Below are positions 1-24,909 of a stretch of DNA of 64,000 bases, in pieces. The stretch covers positions 124,001-188,000 of the forward strand of contig NIVC01000811.1 in NCBI GenBank assembly GCA_002269645.1. The letters are read 5' to 3'. The DNA is from Macrostomum lignano. Its lineage: Eukaryota. Below the pieces are notes generated by a model. The model made no database searches and had not been told where the DNA came from. It was given only the letters and a program-made list of their open reading frames with translations. Position 1 is the stretch's first letter; each line of letters begins with the position of its first letter. The position numbers and the translations under genes are program-made.

Positions 1-409
1 CAATACAGAAAGTACAACCAATGTGAAGCTACGCTCGTAGATGCTAAAGTACAAATCATATCCCATAACTGGATAGTCATCAGTTGGGGTTTTTAAAGAC
101 GTTTATATGTCTATGTCAATATTAATATTAGTATTATAATTACATGTATATAATTATTGCACTTTCAATTATAGACTTCTGTTTACTTTTACACCTTGAA
201 TCATACCCAACATCTGCGGTGTTGGAATATTAGAAATGCTGGACATCCCCTCATCCTGCAGTTGGCCAAGTTCAAATATTGAATGTCGCCCAGCCGCGGT
301 GTCAGGCTCGTCACGGGTTTAAAGTTCATTGGACATTGGCAAACCGTAGTGATTTGATTTTTCTAATGACAGGCTAGGAATGTCCCGCACCGGCTGACTG
401 ATGGTCCTT

Positions 410-990
410 TCTCTCTCTCACCTCTCTCACTCTCCCTCTCACTCTCACTCTCACTCTGCCTCTCACTCTCCCTCTCACTCTCCCTCTCACTCTCCCTCAC
501 ACTCTCCCTCTCACTCTCCCTCTCACTCTCCCTCTCACTCTCCCTCACACTCTGCCTCTCACTCTCCCTCTCACTCTCCCTCTCACTCTCCCTCACACTC
601 TCCCTCTCACTCTCCCTCTCAATCTTCCTCTCACTCTCCCTCTCAATCTCCCTCTCACCTCTCTCACACTCTCCCTCTCACTCTCCCTCTCAATCTTCCT
701 CTCAATCTCCCTCTCACCTCTCTCTCACTATCCCTCTCACTCTCCCTCTCACCTCTCTCTCACTCTCCCTCTCAATCTCCCTCTCACCTCTCTCACACTC
801 TCCCTCTCACTCTCCCTCTCAATCTTCCTCTCAATCTCCCTCTCACCTCTCTCTCACTATCCCTCTCAATCTCCCTCTCACCTCTCTCTCGCTCTCCCTC
901 TCAATCTCCCTCTCACCTCTCTCTCACTCTCCCTCTCAATCTCCCTCTCGCTCTCCGTCTCACTCTCCCTCTCACTCTTACTCTCGCTGT
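410..990. repeat. CT-rich tandem repeat, ~12-bp unit (CTCTCCCTCTCA)
   Basis: Direct tandem units visible; explains the SHSP/ESER ORFs. Confidence 0.9.
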
Positions 991-1483
991 CCTTCTCTCT
1001 CCTTCGCATTTTCCCTTCCCTCTCATCCTTTTCTCCCCTGTTCTTTCTCGTCTTCTTTTTCTCCCCTCCTCTGTAAATTTCATCTCTGGGGCCCTCCTAC
1101 TACCATATAGCTCTGGGCCTGCGCATTAATACAATTATTAGCATAGAGACCAGCTTAAGCAAAAATATTCCCAATCTTCGGGAGTCAACTCTCTCGAATA
1201 CTTGATTTTGCGACATTGAATTAATTAAATCTAAGCCTCAATCTTCTCCTAAACTTCCAAAAAGTACTCATTGGCTAAACTGAACGACTTTGACTTGCAG
1301 ATTTTGTAAATTTCTGAAAGAGCATAGCCAATATGACCGGTACAGCTTTGAGTAACTTCTCTTACAGAGCTGAAGGTAAAGTAAGTACTGCTTCATCTAT
1401 CAGCGTAATAAGTTTCTCCGTAACAAGTACTGTGACATTAGCTTAGAATTGAGAATATTATTATTCTAAGGAAAGGCGCCACG

Positions 1484-2183
1484 AAGAAAGGCGCTATGGA
1501 GAGAGGCGCTATGGAGAGAGGCGCTGAGTAGAGAGGCGCTGAGGAGAGAGGCGCTGAGGAGAGAGGCGCTGAGGAGAGAGGCGCTGAGGAGAGAGGCGCT
1601 ATGGAGAAAGGCGCTGAGGAGAGAGGCGCTATGGAGAGAGGCGCTGAGGAGAGAGGCGCTGTGGAGAGAGGCGCTGAGGAGAGAGGCGCTGAGGAGAGAG
1701 GCGCTGAGGAGAGAGGCGCTGTGGAGAGAGGCGCTGTGGAGAGAGGCGCTATGGAGAGAGGCGCTGAGGAGAGAGGCGCTGTGGAGAGAGGCGCTGAGGA
1801 GAGAGGCGCTGAGGAGAGAGGCGCTGAGGAGAGAGGCGCTGAGGAGAGAGGCGCTGTGGAGAGAGGCGCTGTGGAGAGAGGCGCTATGGAGAGAGGCGCT
1901 GAGAAGAGAGGCGCTGTGGAGAGAGGCGCTGAGGAGAGAGGCGCTGAGGAGAGAGGCGCTGAGGAGAGAGGCGCTGAGGAGAGAGGCGCTGAGGAGAGAG
2001 GCGCTGAGGAGAGAGGCGCTGTGGAGAGAGGCGCTGAGGAGAGAGGCGCTGAGGAGAGAGGCGCTGTGGAGAGAGGCGCTGAGGAGAGAGGCGCTGTGGA
2101 GAGAGGCGCTGTGGAGAGAGGCGCTATGGAGAGAGGCGCTGTGGAGAGAGGCGCTATACAGAGAGGCGCTATGGAGAGAGGCG
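1484..2183. repeat. 15-bp minisatellite (GGAGAGAGGCGCT+GA/AT/GT), ~46 copies
   Basis: Regular 15-bp period; explains the ERGAE/SAPLS ORFs. Confidence 0.95.
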
Positions 2184-2649
2184 CAGGGGAGAGGCAGCAA
2201 GAATGTCTCTGGCGCTGGGACATGGTGCGAGGGCATCAGGACTGGAGTATCAACAAGACTTCGTTAGTTACTTTTTAAATGATTTACCCAAGCCCAGGTA
2301 GACTTTCTGGTCGGTGTTAAAAGGAAGTTCAGACTGCTTTCAAATTTCGGCCATTCGCAAAGCAAAGAATAGAAAATATTCCAGCAACTGCAAGTTAAAT
2401 TGACAGATGAAAGCAACGAATTCTGTACCGTACGTTGGTTCTGCAATTTCAATTGCGAGTTTTGCTGTTTTACTTTTCAATGCAGATTTCTGGGGATTGC
2501 CTCTCCTTTTAATAGCCAAATTCAGAAAGAAACCTTCAAATACGAGCGTACTGTAGGATAAAAACTGGGTTTGGCACACAGTTGTTTGGTCTACCAGCAA
2601 TGCCTCTCCGGATTCTCCTGTCGATTGCCCGTCCCGTTGCGCTCTCTTG

Positions 2650-3478
2650 TTTTCTCCCTTTTTTTCCTCTCCCAGTCTCTTCTCCCCTCACTTCCTTCGT
2701 CTCTCTCCCTCTCTACAGTTACGTCTCCCCTCTCCTTAACTCCTTCTCTATCTGCCTCCACTCTCCCTGTCTTCTCTTCATCCTCTCCCTCTCTCTTCCT
2801 CTCTCCCTCTCTCCCTCCCTCTCTCTTATTCTCTCTCTCTCCCTCTCCCTCTCTCTCTTCCTCTCTCTCTTCCTCTCTCTCCCTCTCTCCCTCTCTCTCC
2901 CCTCCCTCCCTCTCCCTCCCTCTCTCTTCATCTCCCTCTCCCTCCCTCTCTTCCTCTCTCTCCCTCTCTCCCTCTCTCTCCCCTCCCTCCCTCTCCCTCC
3001 CTCTCTTCCTCTCTCTCCCTCTCTCCCTCTCTCTCCCCTCCCTCTCTTCCTCTCTCTCCCTCTCTCCCTCTCTCTCCCCTCCCTCTCTCTCCCCTCCCTC
3101 CCTCTCCCTCCCTCTCTCTTCATCTCCCTCTCCCTCCCTCTCTTCCTCTCTCTATTCCTATCTCTCCCTCTCTCCCTCCCTCTCTCCCCTTCTCCCTTCC
3201 TCTCCCTTCCTCTCTTTCCCTCTCTTTCCCTCTCTTTCTCTCTCTCCCTCTCTCCCCTCCCTCCCTCTCTCTTCCTCTCTCTCTCCCTCCCCTCTCTCCC
3301 TCTCTCTTCCTATCTCTCCCTCTCTCCCTCCCTCTCTCCCTCTCTCTCTCCCCTTCTCCCTTCCTCTCCCTTCCTCTCTTTCCCTCTCTTTCCCTCTCTT
3401 TCTCTCTCTCCCTCTCTCCCCTCCCTCCCTCTCTCTTCCTCTCTCTCTCCCTCCCCTCTCTCCATCTCTCTCTCTTCC
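2650..3478. repeat. Polypyrimidine CT low-complexity tract
   Basis: Almost pure C/T on the + strand. Confidence 0.9.
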
Positions 3479-4274
3479 CCAAGCTGCGGGCATCCTGGCG
3501 CAACGCCTTAGGTGACATCGCTTCCCACTCCGCTGCCTCCTGAGCACATACAAGCGCGCCAATACTGTACGCAGGCACAGCACTCATGCACTCGCTCACA
3601 CAGGGTGTACAGCGGCCCTGACTTTCTAATCATCAGACGTGTACACTTTCTGTGCATTCGGGTTTGTCCCTCATGAGATCCGCACGTCTCGCTCCTAACA
3701 GACAATGACTTACCAAACAATAGATACCAAAAAATATCCCCATACAAAATGATCCCTAGCAACTACATGTAATGTACTGCCGAACTTTTCATATTTCTTA
3801 TCTGCAACCAACCGACATATATTGCCCCCTCCCCCCAATAAAAAGCATTCCATGCCCCCCTCTGATCATGATTGCCACTAAGGGGATCGGGGCACAGTCC
3901 AAGTGGCTATAAAACCAGAAAAAAAGCAACCACCAAGGTTATGGCAAAGGCGAATGTTGCATCCGGGGGAACTGGGAATACGGCTAGCAACTAATATGAG
4001 CTATCATAACTCAAGCTGGACTACACGGCTATTTGGCTGTTTTGCACACCAAAGCGCAGCAGCCGCCACCACCACCTTCTGCCCAGGAAGTTTTACGACC
4101 AGAGCTGGGCCAGGTGTATAATAATAAGTAAGTTGCCCAATCGGAATTCCAAGGATTGTCCATTGATTTACGATCAATGAGTTGGGTAGGAGACTTATAA
4201 TATCTGCCGATACGAAGCCTGTGATTGTATTATATTAGTTTGTGTGCATAAGCTTCAGTGAGTTTAATGATCAA

Positions 4275-4630
4275 TCGAAGGCCCCAAGGGCCCCTGAAGG
4301 ATTGAAGGGCTTTCTGAAAGGTTGAATGGCCCTGGAAGTATTCAATGGGCTCCTGAAGAATTGAAGGGCCTCCTGAAGGATTCAAAGGGCCCCTGAAGGA
4401 TTGAAGGGCCTTCTGAAGGATTGAAAGGGCCCCTGAAGGATTGAAGGGCCTCCTTAAGAATTCAAAGGGCCCCTGAAGAATTGAAAGGCCTTCTGAAGGA
4501 TTCAAAGGGCCCTGAAGGATTGAAGGGCCTTCTGAAGGATTGAAAAAGCCTCCTGAAGGAAGGAGGATTTAAAGACCTCCTGAAGGGTTGAAGAACCTCC
4601 TGAAGGGTTGAAGAACCTCCTGAAGGATTT
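4275..4630. repeat. Degenerate ~21-22-bp tandem repeat (GAAGGGCCCCTGAAGGATT-like)
   Basis: Repeated ctgaagga(a)tt(g/c)aagggcc units. Confidence 0.8.
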
Positions 4631-5143
4631 AAATGGCCTCCTTAACCTGAAGAAAAAAGGGCTTCCTCTTCCATCGAGAAAGGGGTTCGATGCCTTCTTC
4701 TGAAGCGATCAAAAGCATTGTGAAGGCAAGTCAAGAAAAATGAATGACTGAAAATCCGTTGCATTTCCTATTAGAACTCAGTTTGAGCACTTCTGAGTCA
4801 GTCACCAGTTTAGGCACGCGGGAATACGAGCTTTGTCCAGTTGGTGGATCAGCTGATTCAATAATTTCCTAGGAAGCCGGCGCAGCACGTCCCATCGGTC
4901 CTTGGTCATCTGTCCAGCTTCCCATTCGTGTTCACTTTCACTTATACGAATTTGTTGTTAGCACTAACTGTACAGGATTGATTGACACCTGAAAGATGCG
5001 TGCTCCGTTATTTAAAATGTAAAGTTAATTTTCTCTGTTCATTTATATCTGTAGACACAGAAACACTTACAGTTTGCAGAACGAACTTAGCAATGCAGGG
5101 CCAACTCGTTCCACTCTAGTGGATTAGGGCTACAGATGTTGAG

Positions 5144-5430
5144 TTGACACGGTGCTTGAGACTTGAGCAAATCCCTTTAAGCTGCTTGTCACGTACCAGC
5201 TCACCGCTCAAAGTTGCAGAACTTCCCCATGGCCAAAATGCCTCTATAATGTTTTCAAGAAGTTCCTTTACAGTTTTACAACTGTTTACCATCTTTATTG
5301 CTGTTGATGGTTTGCTGGGCGTTACCGGAAACATAATTTGCTTAGTTTATTGAGAATTTTATGAGGGACATCAGCCATTGTGCTGGGCTGCTGGCTGCGG
5401 TGATGCTGCTTAACAGCCTTGGCCCCTCTG
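5144..5430 (+). pseudogene. Possible decayed class-A GPCR N-terminus/TM1 fragment
   Basis: Translates ...GQNASIMF...FTIFIAVDGLLGVTGNIICLVY* (sequon plus GxxGN TM1 motif), followed by a stop and a frameshifted LAxxD-like stretch. Confidence 0.3.
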
Positions 5431-5689
5431 GCTTAAGTATATTTTTTAACGAAAAATATTCACAAATTTGCTGATAAGAAAAAAAAACTGGAACGGAGCA
5501 AACAGTTACTCAATATGCCATGTACTTTTAATCTTTTGGTGCTTCACTTTATAGCGTCAAGGATGGGGATACGCTCGTATGTACAGCAAAAATTAAAACA
5601 AGCAGCGTAGTTTTCTAAAGCTTTACAGATAAATATAGATTTAGGGGTGCCTAACGAAGCTGGGAGATAGGAGACAGACATCTCCCTCC

Positions 5690-6195
<506 letters not shown>

Positions 6196-7016
6196 AGGTT
6201 TAACTGCCTAAATCTGTTAAAATTCCGGTTATGAATAAAAATAGGAAAAATTCTTCAAGGGCTGCAGAAATGAAGGAGGCCACAGTGAGCCTCAGAGCGC
6301 CAACCACGCGAGCCTCAGGGTTAGGTGAGAATTTGCATGGGATAATCAGTCGCATTGCCTCACAGCACTTGAAGCATCCAAGCTGGTGCTGCAGAGCTGA
6401 ACAGACGGAACCATCTGTCAGGTGATGGAAGCCACAGGCCCCTTCGCCAGCCCGCAAATTGCCTGGACCGTCACGAACGGCTTCCTTCCTTCCCTGTCTT
6501 CCTTAACAACCGTATTCTTTTTTTCAATTTTTCCCTTAAGCAGCTTCCAGGAGCAGAAAGCCGTGAGGCTCCGAGGATCGGGCAGCACATTTTTTTCACT
6601 ATTTTTTTCATTGGCCCCCTTGCTACGCTCGTAAGAGCCAGATTGCGTTTCCCTGATAGCGCAATTTTTTTAACAATTTGCCAATTTTCCTGGTGTCCTA
6701 GTCAGAGGAAATCCCTCAGGAGGTTAGATAGGACATCCGGTTACAACCGACAGACATCAAGCAGAAGAACTGAATAGTCAGGCTATAATTCCCATAAGAC
6801 AAGCAAGAAATGTATTACTAGCAAAACCAAAAAGTCTGTTGCCCCAGCGGGAACTGTTTCTGTAAGCTGATTCCAAGCTCTCCAACAGAGTGCCAGTCTG
6901 TTATGCTCGCCAATCTTTGTCTGAATCTTCCGTGTTTTTCTGCTCCGCGGGAGGCCCCAAGCGAGATTGACGGATGGCGATAAGAGTCAGGGTGGACTTG
7001 TTGACGCACCCTCAGG

Positions 7017-8348
7017 CTACACGAAGCCGGCGTCAATTTCTTCCTGCGACTTTGACGGCGATGACGGCAGAGCAGCTGGCATTGAATGAACCGAAGGCAG
7101 CGGCAGCGGCGCGGTGTCTCGGCTTCCGCGAGCTCCTCCTCCTCCTGGCCGAGCCGCGGCGCAGTGACTGACAGCTACGGAGTTGGCGTGAGCGGCAGAC
7201 CAGCTCATGCGCAGGTTGGCGCCGGGGTTCACTGTCCGAATCAGGGTGTAGTTGCCGCTGTTCGGCCCGCCCACACCGGCGCCTTTCCGTCCCGGAAGTC
7301 CCAGCAGCCTCCTGACGGTGTCCCGGAACGTGTTGCTGGTGCTGCTGTAGACGATGAAGTTGCTGAAGCTGTCCACGCAGACCAGGATGTTCGCGATGAA
7401 GGTGGTGTGCAGCTTGACGGTCCTGGAGTTTGCCAACTTCTTGAAGGCCGTGTTGTTGAGCACGAAGAACACAAAAGTCGGCAGTTCGAACACGACAAAG
7501 CAGATCAGCAGCACCATGACTGTTTTGGTGGCGGCGTCCTGACTTCGCGCGGCACCGCCGCCGCCCAGACTGCCCGGCTGCTGGTTGAACTGACGTCGGC
7601 GGAGCGTGAAGATGATGAGGAAGCTGAGGAAGCTGATGAGAAAAATCGGCGCAATGGTCTGCATGGGGAACAGCAGCAGAGTCTTGTAGTGCTTGTACTC
7701 ATACAGGTTGTCCAGCCGCTGATGCGTCATGATGGTCAGCAGGTAGGTCGAAGTCTCATTTCCAGTAGCGTTGCACGGCTTTGGGAAAACTGTCCAGGTG
7801 AACTCGAACATCCTTGGCGAGCACAGCGCCAGGCTGATCACAGTGAGCAGGATGTAGCCACCCAGAGTTCGGTTCGGGCTGAACAGCTGGCCGCTCCGCG
7901 TGCTAAGCGGGTTGCGGACAACCTCACAACGGCTGCCGGCAATCATCACCAGGCACCAGTTGCGGATCATAATAAACGCATTGAACAGCATGAATGACAG
8001 GAAGAATGCTCCCGTGATGAAGTTGGCCGAATCGGGCAGCTGGAAGAGGCGCTGCCGGTTGCCGACCCACAGCATCACGGTGAAGTTGGACGCCAGGCAG
8101 ATGTTCAGGACCGTTTCAGACAAGGACAGCAGCAAGAGCAGCCGGCGCATGATGATATTCTTGCGGTCTAGAATGAAAATTATCAATGAGAATCCGTTGG
8201 TGAAGGTGTTCACGTAGCCCAGAATGCAGGTGATCCACAGGTAGACGATGGCGCTGTTGGAATCGCCACCCCCTCCTCCTCCGCCGCCGCCTGCGGCCAT
8301 CAGGCTAAGGTTAACGCACTCCTCAACGCTTGCAAAGTGGGCCAGCAT
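7017..8348 (-). CDS. Intronless rhodopsin-like (class A) peptide GPCR, FMRFamide/myosuppressin-receptor-like, 443 aa
   Basis: Seven hydrophobic segments; TM3 RNWCLVMIAGSRC (DRY replaced by SRC), TM4 LCSPRMFE, TM5 PMQTIAP, TM6 FVVFELP, TM7 VDSFSNFIVY; ECL2 Cys and N-glycan sequons. Confidence 0.88.
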   Translation of the reverse strand: MLAHFASVEECVNLSLMAAGGGGGGGGGDSNSAIVYLWITCILGYVNTFTNGFSLIIFILDRKNIIMRRLLLLLSLSETVLNICLASNFTVMLWVGNRQRLFQLPDSANFITGAFFLSFMLFNAFIMIRNWCLVMIAGSRCEVVRNPLSTRSGQLFSPNRTLGGYILLTVISLALCSPRMFEFTWTVFPKPCNATGNETSTYLLTIMTHQRLDNLYEYKHYKTLLLFPMQTIAPIFLISFLSFLIIFTLRRRQFNQQPGSLGGGGAARSQDAATKTVMVLLICFVVFELPTFVFFVLNNTAFKKLANSRTVKLHTTFIANILVCVDSFSNFIVYSSTSNTFRDTVRRLLGLPGRKGAGVGGPNSGNYTLIRTVNPGANLRMSWSAAHANSVAVSHCAAARPGGGGARGSRDTAPLPLPSVHSMPAALPSSPSKSQEEIDAGFV

Positions 8349-8679
8349 GTTTGCTTTGATGTCGGCGTGTTTGATAGTCTGATTGATTAATAGATTGATT
8401 GACTGATTGATTGATCAGTGCCCAATTGACGCACCGGACAAAGGGAAACGCTTGAGTGTTTGAGGGACAGCTTGGGTGGGAGAGGCCAGGATTAATAAGC
8501 AGATTCTGGGTATAGGGGCCGGCTGACGCTGGGGAGTCTGCAGAAAACAATACGAGTGCAGAAACGATTCCTGATTGGCTGAGAGCGATTAAGCCAATGA
8601 GACGCTGGTTAGCCTGGAGATTTCTCCTTTTTTCGTATCAGACTTTGCTTGGGTAGGAGAATGGAATTATCAGATGGAA

Positions 8680-9241
8680 GCACCCAATGACCAGATGGAA
8701 GCATCCAATGACCAGATGGAAGCATCCAATGACCAGATGGAAGAATCAAATGACCAAATGGAAGCATCCAATGACCAGTTGGAAGAATCAAATGACCAGA
8801 TGTGAGAATCAAATCACTAGATGTGAGAATCAAATGACCAGATATGAGAATCAAATGACCAGATGTGAGAATCAAATGACCAGATGTGAGAATCAAATCA
8901 CTAGATGTGAGAATCAAATGACCAGATATGAGAATCAAATGACCAGATGTGAGAATCAAATCACTAGATATGAGAATCAAATGACCAGATATGAGAATCA
9001 AATGACCAGATGTGAGAATCAAATCACTAGATGTGAGAATCAAATGACCAGATATGAGAATCAAATGACCAGATGTGAGAATCAAATCACTAGATGTGAG
9101 AATCAAATGACCAGATATGAGAATCAAATGACCAGATGTGAGAATCAAATCACTAGATGTGAGAATCAAATGACCAGATATGAGAATCAAATGACCAGAT
9201 ATGAGAATCAAATGACCAGATGGAAGAATCAAATGACCAGA
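8680..9241. repeat. 21-bp minisatellite (ATCAAATGACCAGATATGAGA), left block
   Basis: 21-bp period; same unit as 10050-10620. Confidence 0.93.
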
Positions 9242-9329
9242 TGCAATGGCATCTGTCCGGTGGTCCCTTTGTCCGCACTGGGTATCTGTGCTCAGTGCTT
9301 TCCCTCTTAATGGTTTCTTTACTCATTTT

Positions 9330-9920
9330 CGCAGAGACGCTCGTCCGTCGCTTGCTGAGCTCTGTCTGATGTTGGTCACGATGCATACTCAGATCTCGTC
9401 CTTGGTGATCTTGGACTCGCCGTAGATGCTCCAAGAGCCGTAGGACTCTTGAATGGGAAGGCGCGAACGCCCATTCCGCTAAGCACAAAGACCTGACTCG
9501 AGACAGCCAGCATCGAGTACAGTGTTGGGCGGAGCTGCTAGCATTCTATCTGTACCAACTCCGGGGCGATAGGACGCATGCAGACGCTCTATCAAGATTT
9601 CCATCTGACAGCGGCAACTGTAGCGGACTTGCGACTTGCGACCGCCAATATCGGCCTATCAGATGAAGGACCAGTTACTGAAGATCAAATTGAGCGAGCG
9701 TCACACGGCAGACGTGGAGTCAAGTGCAGGAGCGGTTTGAGAGCGGATTGAGACGGCTCGGGATAATAAATAAGACTGAGGGTAAAGAGCTGCCGATCGT
9801 AAAAGTACATCAAGCTTTAGAGCTGCATGTCGAGCAACTTCTTAGGCTGTTTGGTTCTGGACCATTTGAAAACACAGCAAAGCAGGTTATCGAAAGCCGA
9901 GACAGCTGTCGGTAACCTGC
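9330..9920 (+). mobile_element. Decayed Ty3/Gypsy pol relic (RNase H end plus integrase Zn-binding region)
   Basis: One frame reads QHRVQCWAELLAFYLYQLRGDRTHADALSRFP (ADALSR at ~9580-9597, the RNase H terminal motif); downstream HQALELH...FENTAKQVIESRDSCR resembles the HHCC region; multiple stops and frameshifts. Confidence 0.5.
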
Positions 9921-10049
9921 GCGAGTTTTACTAGACTAAATAATAAAATAATCATAGATTACACCTGCCCTAATGGACAGATGTGCAACAGACAGCTCAG
10001 CCGCAGCTATTGCGCGGCAGTTATGAAGGCTGCGTTTGGTCCAAGGAAA

Positions 10050-10620
10050 GACCAGATGAAAGAACCAAATGACCAGATGGAAGCATCGAATGACCTGATG
10101 GAAGAAACAAATGACCAGATGGAAGCATCAAATGACCAGTTGGAAAAGTCAAATGACCAGATATGAGAATCAAATGACCAGATATGAGAATCTGGTCAAA
10201 TGACCAGATGTGAGAATCAAATCACTAGATGTGAGAATCAAATGACCAGATGTGAGAATCAAATGACCAGATGTGAGAATCAAATGACCAGATGTGAGAA
10301 TCAAATGACCAGATATGAGAATCAAATGACCAGATATGAGAATCAAATGACCAGATGAGAGTTAAATGACTGGATGGTAGCATCAAACGACCAGATGGAA
10401 GAATCAAATGACCAGTTGGAAAAGTCAAATGACCAGATGGAAGAATCAAATAACCAGATATGAGAATCAAATGACCAGATGGAAGAATCAAATAACCAGA
10501 TATGAGAATCAAATGACCAGATATGAGAATCAAATGACCAGATATGAGAATCAAATGACCAGATATGAGAATCAAATGACCAGATATGAGAATCAAATGA
10601 CCAGATATGAGAATCAAATG
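10050..10620. repeat. 21-bp minisatellite, right block
   Basis: Same unit and orientation as 8680-9241. Confidence 0.93.
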
Positions 10621-11159
10621 ATTGAAGCATCAAGTGACTACGATGAAGTATTAAAAGAGAAAAACCATCGCTGTTAAATCGATGTATTCGAATTTTCGAG
10701 CACACAAAATGCCCATTTTTGAAGAAACAACAAATATTGGTCACAAAAATCAGACGCACAAATAATAAATTTATTTATTAACTGGCTGAAATCTACAGGT
10801 AACGGACACATTTATAAACGCACACATAGCTAGCATTGTGGAATAATATCATCAATAGTGTCTTGGAAACAAAAACACTCAAAACAAAAATCACAGGAAT
10901 ATATAATTTCTTCCATCTTACGAATGATTAAAAAAGTCACGATTATTACAGACATCTGTGTAGCGTTATAATCTTGTTAAGCACTGTAACCTTATCATAA
11001 GAACAAAAATACACAGCTGGTAGCATAGTGGACACTCAATAAAATGATTATCTCGATGGACGATAAGCTAAATAATTATCCATATTTTAATATGCAGGTC
11101 ATCAACTTTCTACAACGACTGTTGTAAAAATTATAAATCAAAAAGCGTTCGCTGCCATA

Positions 11160-11900
11160 TCTCACCGACACGTCTCACCGACACGTCTCACCGACACGTC
11201 TCACCGACACGTCTTACCGACACATCTCACCGACACATCTCACCGACACATCTCATGGACACATCTCACCGACACATCTCACCGACACAACTCACCGACA
11301 CATCTCACCGACACATCTCACCGACACAACTCACCGACACATCTCACCGACACATCTCACAGACTTATCTCACCGACACATCTCACCGACACATCTCACC
11401 GACACAACTCACCGACTTATCTCACCGACACATCACACAGACTTATCTCACCGACACATCTCACCGACATATCTCACCGACACAACTCACCGACTTATCT
11501 CACCGACACTTCTCACAGACTTATCTCACCGACACATCTCATCGACACATCTCACCGACACATCTCACCGACACGTCTCACCGACACATCTCACCGACAC
11601 ATCTCACCGACACATCTCACCGACTTATCTCATGGATACATCTCACCAACTTATCTCATCGACACATCTCACTGACACATCTCACCGACACATCTCCCCG
11701 ACACATCTCACCGGCACATCTCACAGACTTATCTCACCGACACATCTCACCGGCACATCTCACCGACTTATCTCACCGACAATCTCACCGACTTATCTCA
11801 TCGACACATCTCACCGACACATCTCACCGACACATCTCACCGACTTATCTCATCGACAAATCTCACCGACACATCTCATCGACACATCTCACCGACATAC
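11160..11900. repeat. 13-bp minisatellite (CATCTCACCGACA)
   Basis: Direct tandem units. Confidence 0.93.
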
Positions 11901-12246
11901 CTCATACTGACAGTTTTTAAGCGACGTGACTCATTTCGTCAAAACCAGACTATTCGTAATGGAAGATTGTTTACACTACATAAACGCAATTGCCGCAAAA
12001 ATATGTTTAAAAGCACTAAAAGCTAAAACGACTGCAGTGTCGCTCAGTCAAAATTGACTCGACATTCGGGCTAGGAACTAGGGGCCATCACAACAATAAA
12101 CGAAGTTTCTTCAAAAAAACTTGGACAAAAACGCACGTTATTACACATCAATGCTAAATAGTTCCACGCAAATATTAATATCAAATGAGATTTTCAGCCC
12201 CCCAGCGTACGGCACTCCCTCAGCACTCCCTCAGTTCCATTCACTG

Positions 12247-21647
<9,401 letters not shown>

Positions 21648-22933
21648 GGCTGGATGGTAAAACTCGCTTTTAGTCCAGAAAATTCTAAAAAACATATTTT
21701 CATAACTTGCGGTTAAGCATTTAGTGCTACAACTGTAGTGTGGCTACTCGCAATTAAATTCAGTAAATTATTAAATTATTGCATGGATAAGTTTAACTTA
21801 AACACATTAAATAATTTCCATTTTATCAAACAATTTTTTTTGAAAAATTTGAATTTAAATGTAGAAAAGAGTGAATAAATAATACAATCTGTAGATTCTG
21901 TTGATTTTGTTATTTTTGAAATTAAAAACAAGTAAATATTGATTACAATTTGTAAAAAGTCATCAATAAAACTGTAAAATACATTAAGATTACCTAAAAA
22001 CTAATATTTACTAAAAATACTTTCAAACATTTCTATACTTTCCTCTTTAGGATAATCATATATCTTCAACAAGATCAGAAGCATGACGTTGTGTAAGTAT
22101 AAATATCTCATCTAAAAGAGACTATAATTGTTCAAGTGTAAGCAAAAATTACCTTTAGTCCCTGTATTTATCTATTCAAACGATAGGGTGAACTGGATGG
22201 CTGTGCTCAAGGTGTCGAGAGCCAAACGTTTTCTTAATCTGATAAATTTTACTTTGTCGCTCTGTAAAAAAATATCTTTGGAAAACAACAATGACATCAA
22301 AAGTAGCTAGTATTTTTTCTTATTCAAGTTTTGTTGTCTCTAAGTATGTTTACTTTTATCAGCTTTCTAACTTTGTTTTACTGTGCAAATTTTCCGGAGT
22401 AGTTTACGACAAAAAATGAGCAAAGATGGGTATGAAAAACAGATTTTACGTCATGCTACTACCCAATGCTGGCTTTACTAATGGATCTGTCAAAACACTA
22501 GTAAATATGTACAATCAGATCTACTGACATACTAATGCATGTGCATACGTACATGCTACGTACATTACACGCGGTATGAATAAAATACCATTACCAGAAG
22601 TTTGGTATTACGTAGAAAATTGTTTAGAAAACCTAAAGCGAATTTCCATGATTAAAAATAATGCTCGGGAAGCTGATAGTGGACGTCGTCCCTATACCTA
22701 CTACTCGTGCACTATTCTATATATTTCTTTTTCTATCGCAAAAAAACTTTTACCATAGACTAACGTTGAGCGAAAACGCATAGCCTGAATCGCGCAGGTC
22801 GAGTAAACTCGAGAAAACCGGATTAGCAAGAAATTCACGACACTTGAGCCATTTTGTAGCTACTAAACAGTAAGGCTTCATTTTTTCAGCTTTAAAGCGC
22901 GGGCCTCAATAGCCAGAAAGAAGACAATCAAAC

Positions 22934-24909
<1,976 letters not shown>

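Noticed and set aside
363-3599. Long low-complexity ORFs (SHSP, ERGAE, SLSL)
   Set aside because: Translations of CT and 15-bp tandem repeats; open in several frames and on both strands.
7086-7997. 303-aa + strand ORF overlapping the GPCR
   Set aside because: Antisense shadow of GC-rich coding sequence; no recognisable motifs.
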